64,000 bases of DNA from Gammaproteobacteria bacterium (GTDB lineage: Bacteria > Pseudomonadota > Gammaproteobacteria > Ga0077536): positions 25,001-89,000 of the forward strand of contig JADLGE010000001.1 of assembly GCA_020849475.1 (NCBI GenBank), written 5' to 3'. Made by a program: the position numbers and the translations under genes. Position 1 is the first letter of the stretch; each line of letters begins with the position of its first letter. Shown in pieces: positions 37,054 to 47,955 of this stretch. Below the pieces are notes generated by a model, which did no database searches, was not told the origin of the DNA, and was given only the letters and a program-made list of their open reading frames with translations.

Positions 37054-38076
37054 GTGACGATACGCATCGCAATAGATGCCATGGGCGGTGATCACGGCCC
37101 GGTGGTGACCGTGGCTGCGGCCGCGCAGGCACTCGCGCGCCATGCCAGCCTGGAATTGGTGCTGGTGGGCGATGAGCCGACGCTCAAGCAGGCGCTCGCT
37201 GGCAATGGCCTCGCCGCACATGCCCGCGTCAGCATCGAGCACGCCACCCAGGTGGTCGAAATGCACGAGAAGCCGTCGTCGGCATTACGCAGCAAGCGTG
37301 AGTCGTCGATGCGCAAGGCCATCGATCAGGTCAAGGACGGACGCGCCATGGCCTGTGTCAGCGCCGGCAACACCGGTGCGTTGATGGCCATCGCGCGCTT
37401 CGTGCTGAAAACGCTGCCGGGCATCGACCGACCGGCCATCTGCGCGACCTTGCCCGGCAAATTGAAATCGACCCACGTGCTCGATCTCGGCGCGAACGTC
37501 GATTCCACTTCCGAGGAATTGTTTCGTTTCGCGGTGATGGGCGCGGTTCTCGCGGAAGCAGTCGACAATCGCGATAAGCCGACAGTGGCTCTTCTCAATA
37601 TCGGCGAAGAAGAAATCAAGGGCAATGACCGGGTCAAACAGACCGCCTTGCTGCTTGAAAACAGTCCTTTGAACTACATTGGCTTCGTCGAAGGCGACGA
37701 CATTTTCGCCGGCAAGGTCGACGTCATCGTGTGCGACGGTTTCGTCGGCAACGTCGCCTTGAAAGCCAGCGAAGGCGTGGCGCGCATGTTGGGCGACATC
37801 GCCAAGGAAGAATTCACCCGCACCCTCATGACCAAGCTCGGCGCTTTGTTCGCTCGACCGGCCTTGAAGGCGCTGAAAGATCGCGCCGACCCGCGCAATT
37901 ACAACGGAGCGAGCTTGGTCGGACTGCGCGGCATCGTAATCAAGAGCCATGGCAGCGCCGACGCCTTTTCGTTTGCGCACGCCATTGACGTTGCGGTGCT
38001 GGAGACCGAGAAGGCGGTGCCCGAGCGCATCAGCCATCTGCTCGAAGAATTGCTTGCCGGTAGCGACGCATCATGA
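37054..38076 (+). CDS. plsX: Phosphate acyltransferase PlsX
   Basis: IAIDAMGGDHGP N-terminal motif, full-length PlsX similarity. GTG start at 37054 (track starts at 36967). Confidence 0.85.
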   Translation: MTIRIAIDAMGGDHGPVVTVAAAAQALARHASLELVLVGDEPTLKQALAGNGLAAHARVSIEHATQVVEMHEKPSSALRSKRESSMRKAIDQVKDGRAMACVSAGNTGALMAIARFVLKTLPGIDRPAICATLPGKLKSTHVLDLGANVDSTSEELFRFAVMGAVLAEAVDNRDKPTVALLNIGEEEIKGNDRVKQTALLLENSPLNYIGFVEGDDIFAGKVDVIVCDGFVGNVALKASEGVARMLGDIAKEEFTRTLMTKLGALFARPALKALKDRADPRNYNGASLVGLRGIVIKSHGSADAFSFAHAIDVAVLETEKAVPERISHLLEELLAGSDAS

Positions 38077-39041
38077 GTCAGAACAATTCCAGCACCCGCC
38101 TCGGATTCGCGTTTCCGGGCCAAGGCTCGCAGAGCGTCGGCATGGTCGCTGCGCTGGCGGCGGAGTTTCCGGAAATAAAGGCGCGCTACGACGTCGCCAG
38201 CGAAGTACTGGGCTTCGATCTTTTCAAGCTCGTGAGCGAGGGGCCGGAAGACGAACTCAACCGCACGCAGAACACACAGCCCGCGTTGTTGGCCGCCAGC
38301 GTCGCCACCTGGGATATCTGGGTCAACCAGGGCGGCCCCATGCCTGCCGTTATCGCTGGCCACAGTTTTGGCGAGTATTCGGCCTTGGTATGCGCCGGCG
38401 CCCTGGATTTCGCGGTCGCGGTCGGCCTGGTCGCTGAACGTGGACGTCTCATGCAGGAAGCGGTGCCGGCCGGGGAAGGTGCGATGGCGGCGATCCTGGG
38501 CCTGGATCTCGCCCCCCTGCAAGCTGCTTGCGCCGAGGCTGCCGCTGCTGGCGGTGTGTGTTCGTGTGCCAATCTCAACGCGCCTGGCCAGATAGTGATC
38601 GCAGGCAGCAGCGACGCGGTTGATCGCGCCTGTGCCTTGGCCAGCGCCCGCGGCGCCAAGCGCGCCATGAAGCTGCAGGTCAGCGTGCCGGCCCACTGCG
38701 CTCTGATGTCACCGGCTGCCGAAACCTTTGCCCAGCGTCTTGCCGACGTCAAATTCGAGACGCCGCGCATCACCGTGCTGCATAATGTGGACGTTGCCAG
38801 TCACACCGACGCCGCAACGATACGCGACGCCCTGATTCGTCAGCTCTACTCTCCGGTGCGCTGGATTGAGACCATCGAGCAGTTCGCGCAGGCTGGCGTC
38901 AGCCATATTGCGGAGTGTGGTCCCGGCAAGGTGCTGGCGCCGCTCATCAAGCGTATCGACAAAAATCTGCAGACCGTGGCCTTGAACGAACCGGCCGGGT
39001 TGCGCGAATTCATTGCCCTGGCCCGGAACGAACTGGCATGA
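38073..39041 (+). CDS. fabD: Malonyl-CoA:ACP transacylase
   Basis: FAFPGQGSQSVGM and GHSFGEY active-site serine motif. Confidence 0.9.
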   Translation: MSQNNSSTRLGFAFPGQGSQSVGMVAALAAEFPEIKARYDVASEVLGFDLFKLVSEGPEDELNRTQNTQPALLAASVATWDIWVNQGGPMPAVIAGHSFGEYSALVCAGALDFAVAVGLVAERGRLMQEAVPAGEGAMAAILGLDLAPLQAACAEAAAAGGVCSCANLNAPGQIVIAGSSDAVDRACALASARGAKRAMKLQVSVPAHCALMSPAAETFAQRLADVKFETPRITVLHNVDVASHTDAATIRDALIRQLYSPVRWIETIEQFAQAGVSHIAECGPGKVLAPLIKRIDKNLQTVALNEPAGLREFIALARNELA

Positions 39042-39778
39042 CCACCAAACATCTCGCGCTGGTGACCGGTGCAAGCCGCGGCATAGGCCAGGCGATCGCG
39101 CAACAGCTGATCAACGACGGTTTTGAGCTGGTCGGCACCGCGACCTCGCAAAGCGGCGTCGACGCCATCGAAGCGGCTTTCGGCGCCAGCGGCGCATTGC
39201 GCGCAGGCCTGGTGCTGGACGTCCTGGATCGTAATTCCATTGACGCCTTCTTTGCGCACATGGATGAACGCGGCCTCAGCCCCGCCATCCTCGTCAACAA
39301 CGCCGGCATCACCCGCGACAACCTGTTGCTGCGCATGAAAGACGATGAATGGGACGCCGTAATCGCGGCCAATCTCAGCGCGGTGTTTTCTTTGAGTCGT
39401 CGCTGTGTGCGCACCATGCTCAAGGCGCGTTTCGGCCGTATCATCAACATCACTTCGGTGATTGGCGCTGCAGGCAATGCGGGGCAGGCCAACTACGCCG
39501 CGGCCAAGGCCGGCGTGGTGGGATTCACCAAGTCCATGGCGCTTGAAGTCGCGAGTCGCAACATCACCGTCAACGCGGTCGCGCCCGGACTCATTGATAC
39601 AGACATGACGCGCAAGCTGACCGAGCAGCAACGCGATGCGGCGCTCGGCCAAGTGCCGATGGGGCGCATGGGCGCGGCCGAGGAGGTGGCGGCGGTGGTC
39701 GCATTCCTCGCATCGCCGCTGGCCGGCTATATCACCGGCGAGACGATCCACGTCAATGGCGGGATGTACATGGCCTGA
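39038..39778 (+). CDS. fabG: 3-oxoacyl-ACP reductase
   Basis: LALVTGASRGIGQAIA, NNAGITRDNLL, YAAAKAGVVGFTKSMALE. Start at MTTKHL with ATGA overlap with fabD; the track ORF is extended. Confidence 0.9.
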   Translation: MTTKHLALVTGASRGIGQAIAQQLINDGFELVGTATSQSGVDAIEAAFGASGALRAGLVLDVLDRNSIDAFFAHMDERGLSPAILVNNAGITRDNLLLRMKDDEWDAVIAANLSAVFSLSRRCVRTMLKARFGRIINITSVIGAAGNAGQANYAAAKAGVVGFTKSMALEVASRNITVNAVAPGLIDTDMTRKLTEQQRDAALGQVPMGRMGAAEEVAAVVAFLASPLAGYITGETIHVNGGMYMA

Positions 39779-39974
39779 CATAATGGCGAGGCCGCGCCTG
39801 CTTCAGGGGTGCCTCGAGGTCACGCGGGCCCGATAGATTTTGTTGTTTTTAAAGTTGATTTCAAAGGGTTACTGCAAGCGAACCGGCAAAGTTTTCTTGC
39901 AGTTTGGTCGGTTTTCACTAAACTAGCATGCGCCGCAATCACGGCGGCACCATCATTGGGAGGAACTTCAAGCG

Positions 39975-40214
39975 ATGAGTAGCGTTGAAGAACGTGTCAA
40001 GAAGATCGTCGTCGAGCAATTAGGGGTCAAAGAAGAAGAGGTCACTAACGAAGCATCATTTGTCGATGATTTGGGTGCAGACTCGCTTGACACGGTCGAA
40101 CTGGTAATGGCGCTCGAAGAGGAATTCAAAACTGAAATTCCTGATGAAGAAGCTGAAAAGATCACGACCGTTCAGCAGGCCATCAATTACATCAACGATC
40201 ATCTGGATTCATAA
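39975..40214 (+). CDS. acpP: Acyl carrier protein
   Basis: 79 aa with the [19 protein letters not shown] phosphopantetheine-Ser motif. Confidence 0.95.
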   Translation: MSSVEERVKKIVVEQLGVKEEEVTNEASFVDDLGADSLDTVELVMALEEEFKTEIPDEEAEKITTVQQAINYINDHLDS

Positions 40215-40232
40215 TACCCACAAGCATTTGCG

Positions 40233-40268
40233 AGAAGGCCGCGATTCGGTTCCAGAACGCGGCCTTTT
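40233..40268 (+). terminator. Rho-independent terminator after acpP
   Basis: AAGGCCGCG...CGCGGCCTT stem followed by TTTTCC. Confidence 0.55.
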
Positions 40269-40302
40269 CCATTTCTAGATCCCGGGAAGAGGTACAGTCA
40301 AG

Positions 40303-41538
<1,236 letters not shown>

Positions 41539-41595
41539 GTTAACCATGACGCGTGTGACGTCAGCCACACGCGTCGCCCATCCGGGCAAGCCGCC

Positions 41596-42426
41596 ATGAT
41601 TCTGCTTGACGGACAAGCTTGCGACAGTCCTTTGCTGCTCGATCGGGGCCTCGCCTATGGCGACGGACTGTTCGAGACCATTGCCGTGCGCGAAGGCCAG
41701 CCCCTGGCATGGTCAGCGCATATGGCGCGCCTGGCGCGCGGCTGCGCCGCGCTGTCGCTGCCGGCCCCGCAACCCGCTGTTCTGCTCGATGACGCGCAGC
41801 GCTTGTTGAGCGCGCGCGAGCACGGCGTCATCAAGATTCTCCTGACGCGAGGCAGTGGCGGCCGCGGCTACCGTCCGCCCATAGCCCCGCAGCCACGGCG
41901 CGTGGTCAGCTTGCATCCCTGGCCTGCTGAACTCGACGAGGGCAACGGCGCGCCGCGACAGGTCTGGGTTTGTCGCCAGCGACTCGGGCATCAGCCGCAG
42001 CTGGCTGGCATCAAACATCTGAACCGTCTCGAGCAGGTGTTGGCCAGCGCCGAGTGGCCCTCGGCGGATTTCTTTGAGGGGCTCATGCTCGACATCGAGG
42101 GCAAGCTCATCGAAGGCATACGCAGCAATGTGTTCGTGGTGCAGGGCAAGACTCTGTTGACGCCCGAGGTGTCGCGCTGCGGCATCGCCGGCATAGTGCG
42201 CGAGGCGGTGCTGGACTGTGCGTCGGCGCATGGGTTCGTAGCCCGCGTCGAACCGATGACCCTCGCACAGATAGGCGCGCGCGACGAAATGTTCTTGTGC
42301 AACTCGGTGATGGGCTTGCGCGTGGTCGGCGAGATTGCCCATGACGATGGTGTCATCCGCCTCGAAAATCACGGCGCCGCCGAAGCAATCGCGGCAGGCC
42401 TGCGAGTCGCGAAGGTGATTCCATGA
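41596..42426 (+). CDS. pabC: Aminodeoxychorismate lyase
   Basis: Class IV PLP-dependent aminotransferase fold (GDGLFETI...). Sits at the fabF-pabC-mltG position. Confidence 0.8.
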   Translation: MILLDGQACDSPLLLDRGLAYGDGLFETIAVREGQPLAWSAHMARLARGCAALSLPAPQPAVLLDDAQRLLSAREHGVIKILLTRGSGGRGYRPPIAPQPRRVVSLHPWPAELDEGNGAPRQVWVCRQRLGHQPQLAGIKHLNRLEQVLASAEWPSADFFEGLMLDIEGKLIEGIRSNVFVVQGKTLLTPEVSRCGIAGIVREAVLDCASAHGFVARVEPMTLAQIGARDEMFLCNSVMGLRVVGEIAHDDGVIRLENHGAAEAIAAGLRVAKVIP

Positions 42427-43439
42427 TCCGGCGCCACAGGCTCTGGCTCGCGATTGCACTGCTCGCCGCATTCGTGCTCGGCGGTGTGGCGTTGTTCGAT
42501 CACGGCAGCCGCGTGGCGATGCGCACGGCGATCGGCGTCAAGCACCCGCTCCTGTTCACCGTGCCCGCCGGCGCGGATCTCGGCCAAGTGGCAGCGCGAC
42601 TCGCCAGTGCCGGCCTGGTATCCCAGCGCGCGTATTTTGAGTGGCGCGTGCGTTGGGCCGGTGTCGCGGGTGCCCTGCAGGCCGGCACCTATGAAGTGCT
42701 GCCGACGGATACGCCGTCGACCTTGCTCGAGAAGATGCTCAAGGGACAGACCAAGACCTTCGCCATTACCTTTGTCGAAGGCACGCGCTTTATTGAACTG
42801 CGGCGCGTGCTCGACGCCCATCCCTACGTGGTGCACAGCCTTGCCGGACAGAGCGACGATCAAGTGATGGCGGCGCTGGGGCGCGCGGGGGAGGCGGCCG
42901 AAGGCTGGTTCTTTCCGTCCACCTATCATTTCAAAGCCGAGACCTCGGATCTCGCCTTGCTCAAGCGTGCGCACCAGCGCATGCGCAAGGAACTGGATAC
43001 GGCTTGGCAAGGTCGAGCCGAGTCCGTGCCCTACAAGACGCCCTATGACGCGCTGATCATGGCCTCCATCGTCGAGAAGGAAACCGCGCGCGCCGACGAG
43101 CGCCCGGCGATCGCGGGGGTATTCGTGCGGCGGCTGAAAAATGGCATGAAGCTGCAGACCGATCCGACTGTCATCTATGGCATGGGTGACAGTTACACAG
43201 GCAATATCCGTCGCGCTGACCTCGAACGTGACACACCTTATAACACCTATACACGCAAGGGCCTGCCGCCCACGCCCATTGCGCTGCCGGGCGCGGCCGC
43301 GCTGAATGCGGCGACGTCGCCTGCCGGCGGGGACGCCCTGTATTTTGTCGCGCGCGGTGACGGCAGTCACCAGTTCTCGGCCAGCCTGGGCGAGCACGAC
43401 GACGCCGTGCGACGCTTTCAATTGCGAGGCAAACGATGA
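42423..43439 (+). CDS. mltG: Endolytic murein transglycosylase MltG (YceG)
   Basis: YceG family: N-terminal TM, LQTDPTVIYGMGD catalytic region. ATGA overlap with pabC. Confidence 0.85.
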   Translation: MIRRHRLWLAIALLAAFVLGGVALFDHGSRVAMRTAIGVKHPLLFTVPAGADLGQVAARLASAGLVSQRAYFEWRVRWAGVAGALQAGTYEVLPTDTPSTLLEKMLKGQTKTFAITFVEGTRFIELRRVLDAHPYVVHSLAGQSDDQVMAALGRAGEAAEGWFFPSTYHFKAETSDLALLKRAHQRMRKELDTAWQGRAESVPYKTPYDALIMASIVEKETARADERPAIAGVFVRRLKNGMKLQTDPTVIYGMGDSYTGNIRRADLERDTPYNTYTRKGLPPTPIALPGAAALNAATSPAGGDALYFVARGDGSHQFSASLGEHDDAVRRFQLRGKR

Positions 43440-44059
43440 CCCAGGCCGTATTCATTACCCTCGAAGGCATCGAGGGCGTCGGCAAGACCAGCGCCGTGGC
43501 CTGTGTCGCCGACTGGCTGCGCGACCACGGCCGCGCCGTCACCGTCACGCGCGAACCAGGCGGCACCGAACTGGGTGAACGGGTGCGCGCCCTGGTGTTG
43601 GAACATAACGATGTGCCCATCGCGCCGCTGGCAGAACTGTTGTTGATGTTCGCGGCCCGCGCCCAACATCTTGAACAACGCATTCGCCCGGCGCTGGCGC
43701 GCGGCGAGTCGGTGGTGTGCGACAGATTCACCGATGCCACCTATGCCTACCAGGGGGGGGGGCGTGGTCTGCCGCTGCGCCACATCGACAGTGCCGCTGA
43801 GCTCGTGCATGGCGATCTGTGGCCTACGCTGACCGTGCTGCTCGACGCCTCGCCGGAGGTCGGCTTGAGCCGCGCCCGCGCGCGCAGCGCCGCCGATCGC
43901 TTCGAGAGCGAAAAGCTGCAGTTCTTCGAACGCGTGCGCGCGGCCTATCTCGAGCGCGCGTCGCGCGAGGCGCGGCGCTTCGCTGTCATCGATGCCAGCC
44001 AGGACATGGCCAAGGTCCACGCCGACATCCGCGCGCTGCTCGCGGCGCGACTGCCATGA
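43436..44059 (+). CDS. tmk: Thymidylate kinase
   Basis: FITLEGIEGVGKTS P-loop and DRF motif. Confidence 0.9.
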   Translation: MTQAVFITLEGIEGVGKTSAVACVADWLRDHGRAVTVTREPGGTELGERVRALVLEHNDVPIAPLAELLLMFAARAQHLEQRIRPALARGESVVCDRFTDATYAYQGGGRGLPLRHIDSAAELVHGDLWPTLTVLLDASPEVGLSRARARSAADRFESEKLQFFERVRAAYLERASREARRFAVIDASQDMAKVHADIRALLAARLP

Positions 44060-45063
44060 GCGCACCCTATCCTTGGCTGGCGGCGCCGTGGGCGGAACTC
44101 GTGGCGCGCGCGGCGCGCGATGCGCTCGGCCACGCCTATCTGCTGTGCGGGCGCGAGGGTCTCGGCAAGTTTGCGTTCGCCGAGCATTTTGCACGGGGCC
44201 TGCTGTGCGAACAGCGACCGGCCGACGGCCAGGCCTGCGGCGCGTGTCGCGGCTGCCTGCTGAACGCGAGCGGCAATCATCCGGATCTGAAACTGCTGAC
44301 GCTGGAAGAAGAGCGCAAGTCGATAGTCATCGATCAGGTGCGTGACCTGATCGAATTCTTCACGCTGAAAGCCCATTACCACGGGCGCAAGATAGGCATC
44401 GTCTACCCGGCCGACACCATGAACAACGCGTCGGCCAACGCGCTGCTGAAGATTCTCGAGGAACCGCCGGCCAGCGCACTCCTGCTCTTGGTCGCGAGTC
44501 GGCCGGCCTTGCTGCCGGCCACCATCCACAGCCGTTGTCAGCGCATCAATTTCGAGCTGCCGGCCTGGGATGTGCGCGAACGCTGGTTGAGCGCGCAACT
44601 CGCGACGCGCGACAAGGCGCCGGCGCTCGAATCACTGACCCTGTGCGGGGCGCCGCTGGAAGTGCTGGCGCAACTCGACTCGGCGCGGCCGCAGCTCATG
44701 AACGACGTCATCGCGGCGCTGCATCAGCATCTGACGGGGCGCGGCAATCCACTGGAAGTGGCGCGCGGTTTCGCTGATGTGGAGGTCAGGCGCTACCTCG
44801 ACACCCTCGAGCTCAGCGTGCAGGCCGCCGCGCAGCTACGCGCCGGGCATCTGCCGCCACAGTTGCGGCTGTCCGCCAACAGTCAACGCCAGTTGCAGGA
44901 AATCTCAGATAAATTACACTTCGACAGCCTGTTGTCCTATCTCGATCAGGTGGGCGCAAGTCGTGCGATGGTGCTGCGTTCCAGCGGGGTGCGCGGCGCC
45001 GAAGTGATCGAAAACCTGTGGCAATCGTGGATGAAGAGCATGCAGTTGGAGTACGCGCCATGA
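44056..45063 (+). CDS. holB: DNA polymerase III delta-prime subunit
   Basis: HAYLLCGREGLGKFAFAEHFARGLLCE...CGACRGC Zn module and SRC motif. Start at MSAPYPW with ATGA overlap with tmk. Confidence 0.85.
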   Translation: MSAPYPWLAAPWAELVARAARDALGHAYLLCGREGLGKFAFAEHFARGLLCEQRPADGQACGACRGCLLNASGNHPDLKLLTLEEERKSIVIDQVRDLIEFFTLKAHYHGRKIGIVYPADTMNNASANALLKILEEPPASALLLLVASRPALLPATIHSRCQRINFELPAWDVRERWLSAQLATRDKAPALESLTLCGAPLEVLAQLDSARPQLMNDVIAALHQHLTGRGNPLEVARGFADVEVRRYLDTLELSVQAAAQLRAGHLPPQLRLSANSQRQLQEISDKLHFDSLLSYLDQVGASRAMVLRSSGVRGAEVIENLWQSWMKSMQLEYAP

Positions 45064-45416
45064 GCGCCGTCGGCAAGAATCCGCGCCAGGGCATCCTGTC
45101 CCTGACCATTCGTGACAAGAGCTCGCTGTACGCCGCCTATATGCCTTTCGTGAAGAACGGCGGCCTGTTCATCCCCACCAACAAGGTCTACAAGATAGGC
45201 GATGAAGTCTTCATGCTGCTGACCTTGACCGACAGCAAGGAGAAGCTGCCGGTGGCAGGACGGGTGGTGTGGATCACGCCGCGTGGCGCGCAGGGCGGCA
45301 AGACCGCCGGCATCGGCGTGCAGTTCAGCGAGCTCGACAACGGCGCCACCCGCAACAAGATCGAGACCCAGCTGGCCGGCGCATTGAAGTCCGACCGCCA
45401 GACCCACACCATGTAA
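45060..45416 (+). CDS. pilZ: Type IV pilus assembly protein PilZ
   Basis: 118 aa: GILSLTIRDKSSLYAAYMPFVKNGGLFIPT...VAGRVVWITPRGAQG...NKIETQLAGAL, a near full-length match to Pseudomonas PilZ. Confidence 0.8.
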   Translation: MSAVGKNPRQGILSLTIRDKSSLYAAYMPFVKNGGLFIPTNKVYKIGDEVFMLLTLTDSKEKLPVAGRVVWITPRGAQGGKTAGIGVQFSELDNGATRNKIETQLAGALKSDRQTHTM

Positions 45417-45466
45417 GACCGCGCGCGGTGCCTGCGCCGCGCTTAAGCCCGCGGCCCGGAAGTGCT

Positions 45467-46267
45467 ATGCAACTCGTCGATTCCCACTGTCATCTGCCTC
45501 TGATCGAAGGCGGCGAAGCCGGCTTCGAGGGCGTTCTCGCGCGCGCCGCGGCGGCTGGCGTCGGTCACATGCTGTGCGTGTCGGTGGATCTCGAGTCCTA
45601 TGCTGGCGTGCGCGACCTCGCGCGTGCCTATCAGCAGATCTCGTGCTCGGTCGGTGTGCACCCGAACACCGATACACCGGTGCGCGAACCCGGCCTTGAG
45701 GAACTGGTGGCGGAGGGCGGCCAGGACTACGTGGTCGCCATCGGCGAAACCGGGCTTGATTACTTTCGCAGCGAGGGCGACCTCGAATGGCAGCGCGATC
45801 GCTTTCGCCGTCACATCCGCGCCGCGCGCGAAGTGGCCAAGCCACTCATCATCCACTGCCGTGAAGCGGCTGCCGATGTCATCCGCGTGCTGCGCGAAGA
45901 GCGGGCCGAGGAGGTCGGTGGCGTCATGCATTGCTTCGTCGAAGACTGGGACACCGCCAGCGCCGCCATGGACTTGGGCTTCTACATCTCGCTGTCGGGC
46001 ATCGTCACGTTCAAGACCGCCCACGCCTTGCAGGCCGTTTCCAGTCGCCTGCCGCTGGAGCGCGTGCTGGTCGAGACCGACGCACCGTGGCTGGCGCCGG
46101 TGCCGAAACGCGGCAAGCAGAATGAGCCAGCCTATGTGCGCCACACGGCGGAATTCCTTGCCACGCTGCGCGGCGAATCACCCGAAACGTTTGCCCGCGC
46201 CACCACCGACAATTTCCACCGCCTGTTTCGTCTACCGGCGGACAAACTGGGCACGCCCGCACTCTGA
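45467..46267 (+). CDS. TatD-family metal-dependent hydrolase (YcfH type)
   Basis: MQLVDSHCHL, GETGLDYF and further His/Asp metal ligands. Confidence 0.85.
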   Translation: MQLVDSHCHLPLIEGGEAGFEGVLARAAAAGVGHMLCVSVDLESYAGVRDLARAYQQISCSVGVHPNTDTPVREPGLEELVAEGGQDYVVAIGETGLDYFRSEGDLEWQRDRFRRHIRAAREVAKPLIIHCREAAADVIRVLREERAEEVGGVMHCFVEDWDTASAAMDLGFYISLSGIVTFKTAHALQAVSSRLPLERVLVETDAPWLAPVPKRGKQNEPAYVRHTAEFLATLRGESPETFARATTDNFHRLFRLPADKLGTPAL

Positions 46268-46343
46268 TTGTCGACAACAAGGGTTGACCGGGCCGCCGTT
46301 CAGCGGCTATGTTCCGGTCTCCCCTGGCTACATTGTCGACAAT
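46267..46343 (+). promoter_or_regulatory. Two copies of the palindrome ATTGTCGACAA(T), 65 bp apart, upstream of the GntR regulator and prp operon: candidate GntR/FadR-type operator
   Basis: gATTGTCGACAAc at 46267-46277 and the perfect 12-mer ATTGTCGACAAT at 46332-46343. Fits the GntR-family operator consensus (T.GT...AC.A). Confidence 0.45.
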
Positions 46344-46348
46344 GCCCC

Positions 46349-47032
46349 GTGTATAACCCCGCGCTCGAAGACGACAGAGCTCTGCGCACCTCGGCCGACC
46401 GAGTCTTCGAGGCACTGCAGGACGCTATCGTGCGCGGCGATATCGCGCCGGGCTCGCGGGTCGGGGAGACCGAACTCGCCGAGCGCTTCAGCACCAGCCG
46501 TGGCCCTCTGCGCGAAGCCCTGCGGCGCCTCGAATCGCGGCGCCTGGTCGAGCGCACACCGCACGTCGGCATCCGCATTGCATCGCTCGACCATGCGGCC
46601 CTCATCGAGCTCTATTACCTGCGCGAAGCGCTGGAAGGCATGGCCGCGCGGCTGGCCGCGCTCAATATGACCAGTGACGAAGTGACCGGTCTCAAGAATC
46701 TGCTGTTGGCCCACGAACAGGATGAAGCCCTGAAGGCCGACACCGCCTATTTCCAGCAGGAAGGGGATTTCGATTTTCACTACCGGGTCATCCACGGCAG
46801 TCACAACACTGCGCTGACCGAGCTTCTGATCGGTGAGCTCTATCACCGCATCCGCATGTATCGCTACCAGTTCAGCGCCTACGCCAATCGGCCGCAAAAG
46901 GCACTGGGCGAACATCAGCGCATCGTCGAAGCGATTGAAGCGCGTGACGGCGATCTCGCCGAAATGCTCATGCGCCGCCACATAAGCTCGGCGCGCCAGA
47001 ACATCGAGAAACATCTGAAGGAGAACTCATGA
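46349..47032 (+). CDS. GntR-family (FadR/FCD subfamily) transcriptional regulator, probable methylcitrate-operon regulator
   Basis: N-terminal wHTH ([40 protein letters not shown]) and FCD C-terminal domain. GTG start inferred; the track ORF begins at a TTG directly after the tatD stop. Confidence 0.7.
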   Translation: MYNPALEDDRALRTSADRVFEALQDAIVRGDIAPGSRVGETELAERFSTSRGPLREALRRLESRRLVERTPHVGIRIASLDHAALIELYYLREALEGMAARLAALNMTSDEVTGLKNLLLAHEQDEALKADTAYFQQEGDFDFHYRVIHGSHNTALTELLIGELYHRIRMYRYQFSAYANRPQKALGEHQRIVEAIEARDGDLAEMLMRRHISSARQNIEKHLKENS

Positions 47033-47913
47033 CGCAGCCCCTCACCGCCGGCGGCCGATTCCGCCTTGCCCTGCGCGAAGAAAAGCCGCTGCAGATCATT
47101 GGCACCGTCAACGCCTATGCGGCAATGATGGCCAAACGCACCGGCTATCGCGCCATTTATCTGTCGGGCGCAGGCGTCGCCAATTATTCCTACGGCCTGC
47201 CGGATCTCGGCATGACTTCGCTGGAAGATGTCCTGACCGACGTGCGCCGTATCACCACCCAGGTCGAGACGCCGCTGCTGGTCGACATCGATACTGGCTG
47301 GGGCGGCGCGTTCAATATCGCGCGCACGGTCAAGCAGATGATCGCGGCCGGCGCCGCCGCGGTGCACATCGAAGACCAGGTTGCGCAGAAGCGCTGCGGC
47401 CACCGTCCCGGCAAGGAAGTGGTGTCGAAGGAAGAAATGGTCGATCGCGTGAAAGCGGCGGTCGATGCCAAGACCGACCCCGACTTCGTGCTCATGGCAC
47501 GCACCGATGCGCTGCAAGTGGAAGGTTTGCAGGGCGTGATTGACCGCGCCTGCGCCTTCGTCGAAGCCGGCGCCGATGCGATCTTCGCCGAGGCCATGAC
47601 CGACATCACCATGTACAAGACCGTCTGCGACCAGGTGAAAGTGCCGGTCTTGGCCAACATCACCGAATTCGGCAGCACGCCTTACTACACCCGCGAAGAG
47701 CTCGGCGGGCAGGGTATCGCGATGGTGCTTTACCCGCTGTCGCCGACCCGCGCCATGCAGAAGGCGGCGCTCAACGTCATGCAGGCCATCCGCCAGGACG
47801 GCACGCAGAAGAATGTCATCGACACCATGCAGACCCGTGCAGAGCTCTATGACTTCCTGGGCTACCACGCCTACGAAGACAAGCTCGACGAACTGTTCCA
47901 GAAAGCTAAGTGA
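47029..47913 (+). CDS. prpB: 2-methylisocitrate lyase
   Basis: PEP mutase/ICL superfamily with KRCGH catalytic motif. ATGA overlap with the regulator. Confidence 0.9.
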   Translation: MTQPLTAGGRFRLALREEKPLQIIGTVNAYAAMMAKRTGYRAIYLSGAGVANYSYGLPDLGMTSLEDVLTDVRRITTQVETPLLVDIDTGWGGAFNIARTVKQMIAAGAAAVHIEDQVAQKRCGHRPGKEVVSKEEMVDRVKAAVDAKTDPDFVLMARTDALQVEGLQGVIDRACAFVEAGADAIFAEAMTDITMYKTVCDQVKVPVLANITEFGSTPYYTREELGGQGIAMVLYPLSPTRAMQKAALNVMQAIRQDGTQKNVIDTMQTRAELYDFLGYHAYEDKLDELFQKAK

Positions 47914-47955
47914 AAGCGCCCGCCGCATTCTGAAGAATCAAAGAGGAGATCTCCC

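Noticed and set aside
38846-39781. 311-aa minus-strand ORF
   Set aside because: Antisense to fabG.
46268-46348. TTG start of the GntR ORF directly after the tatD stop
   Set aside because: It would add a 27-aa non-homologous N-terminal extension and place the palindromic operator inside the coding sequence. The GTG at 46349 fits the GntR wHTH spacing.
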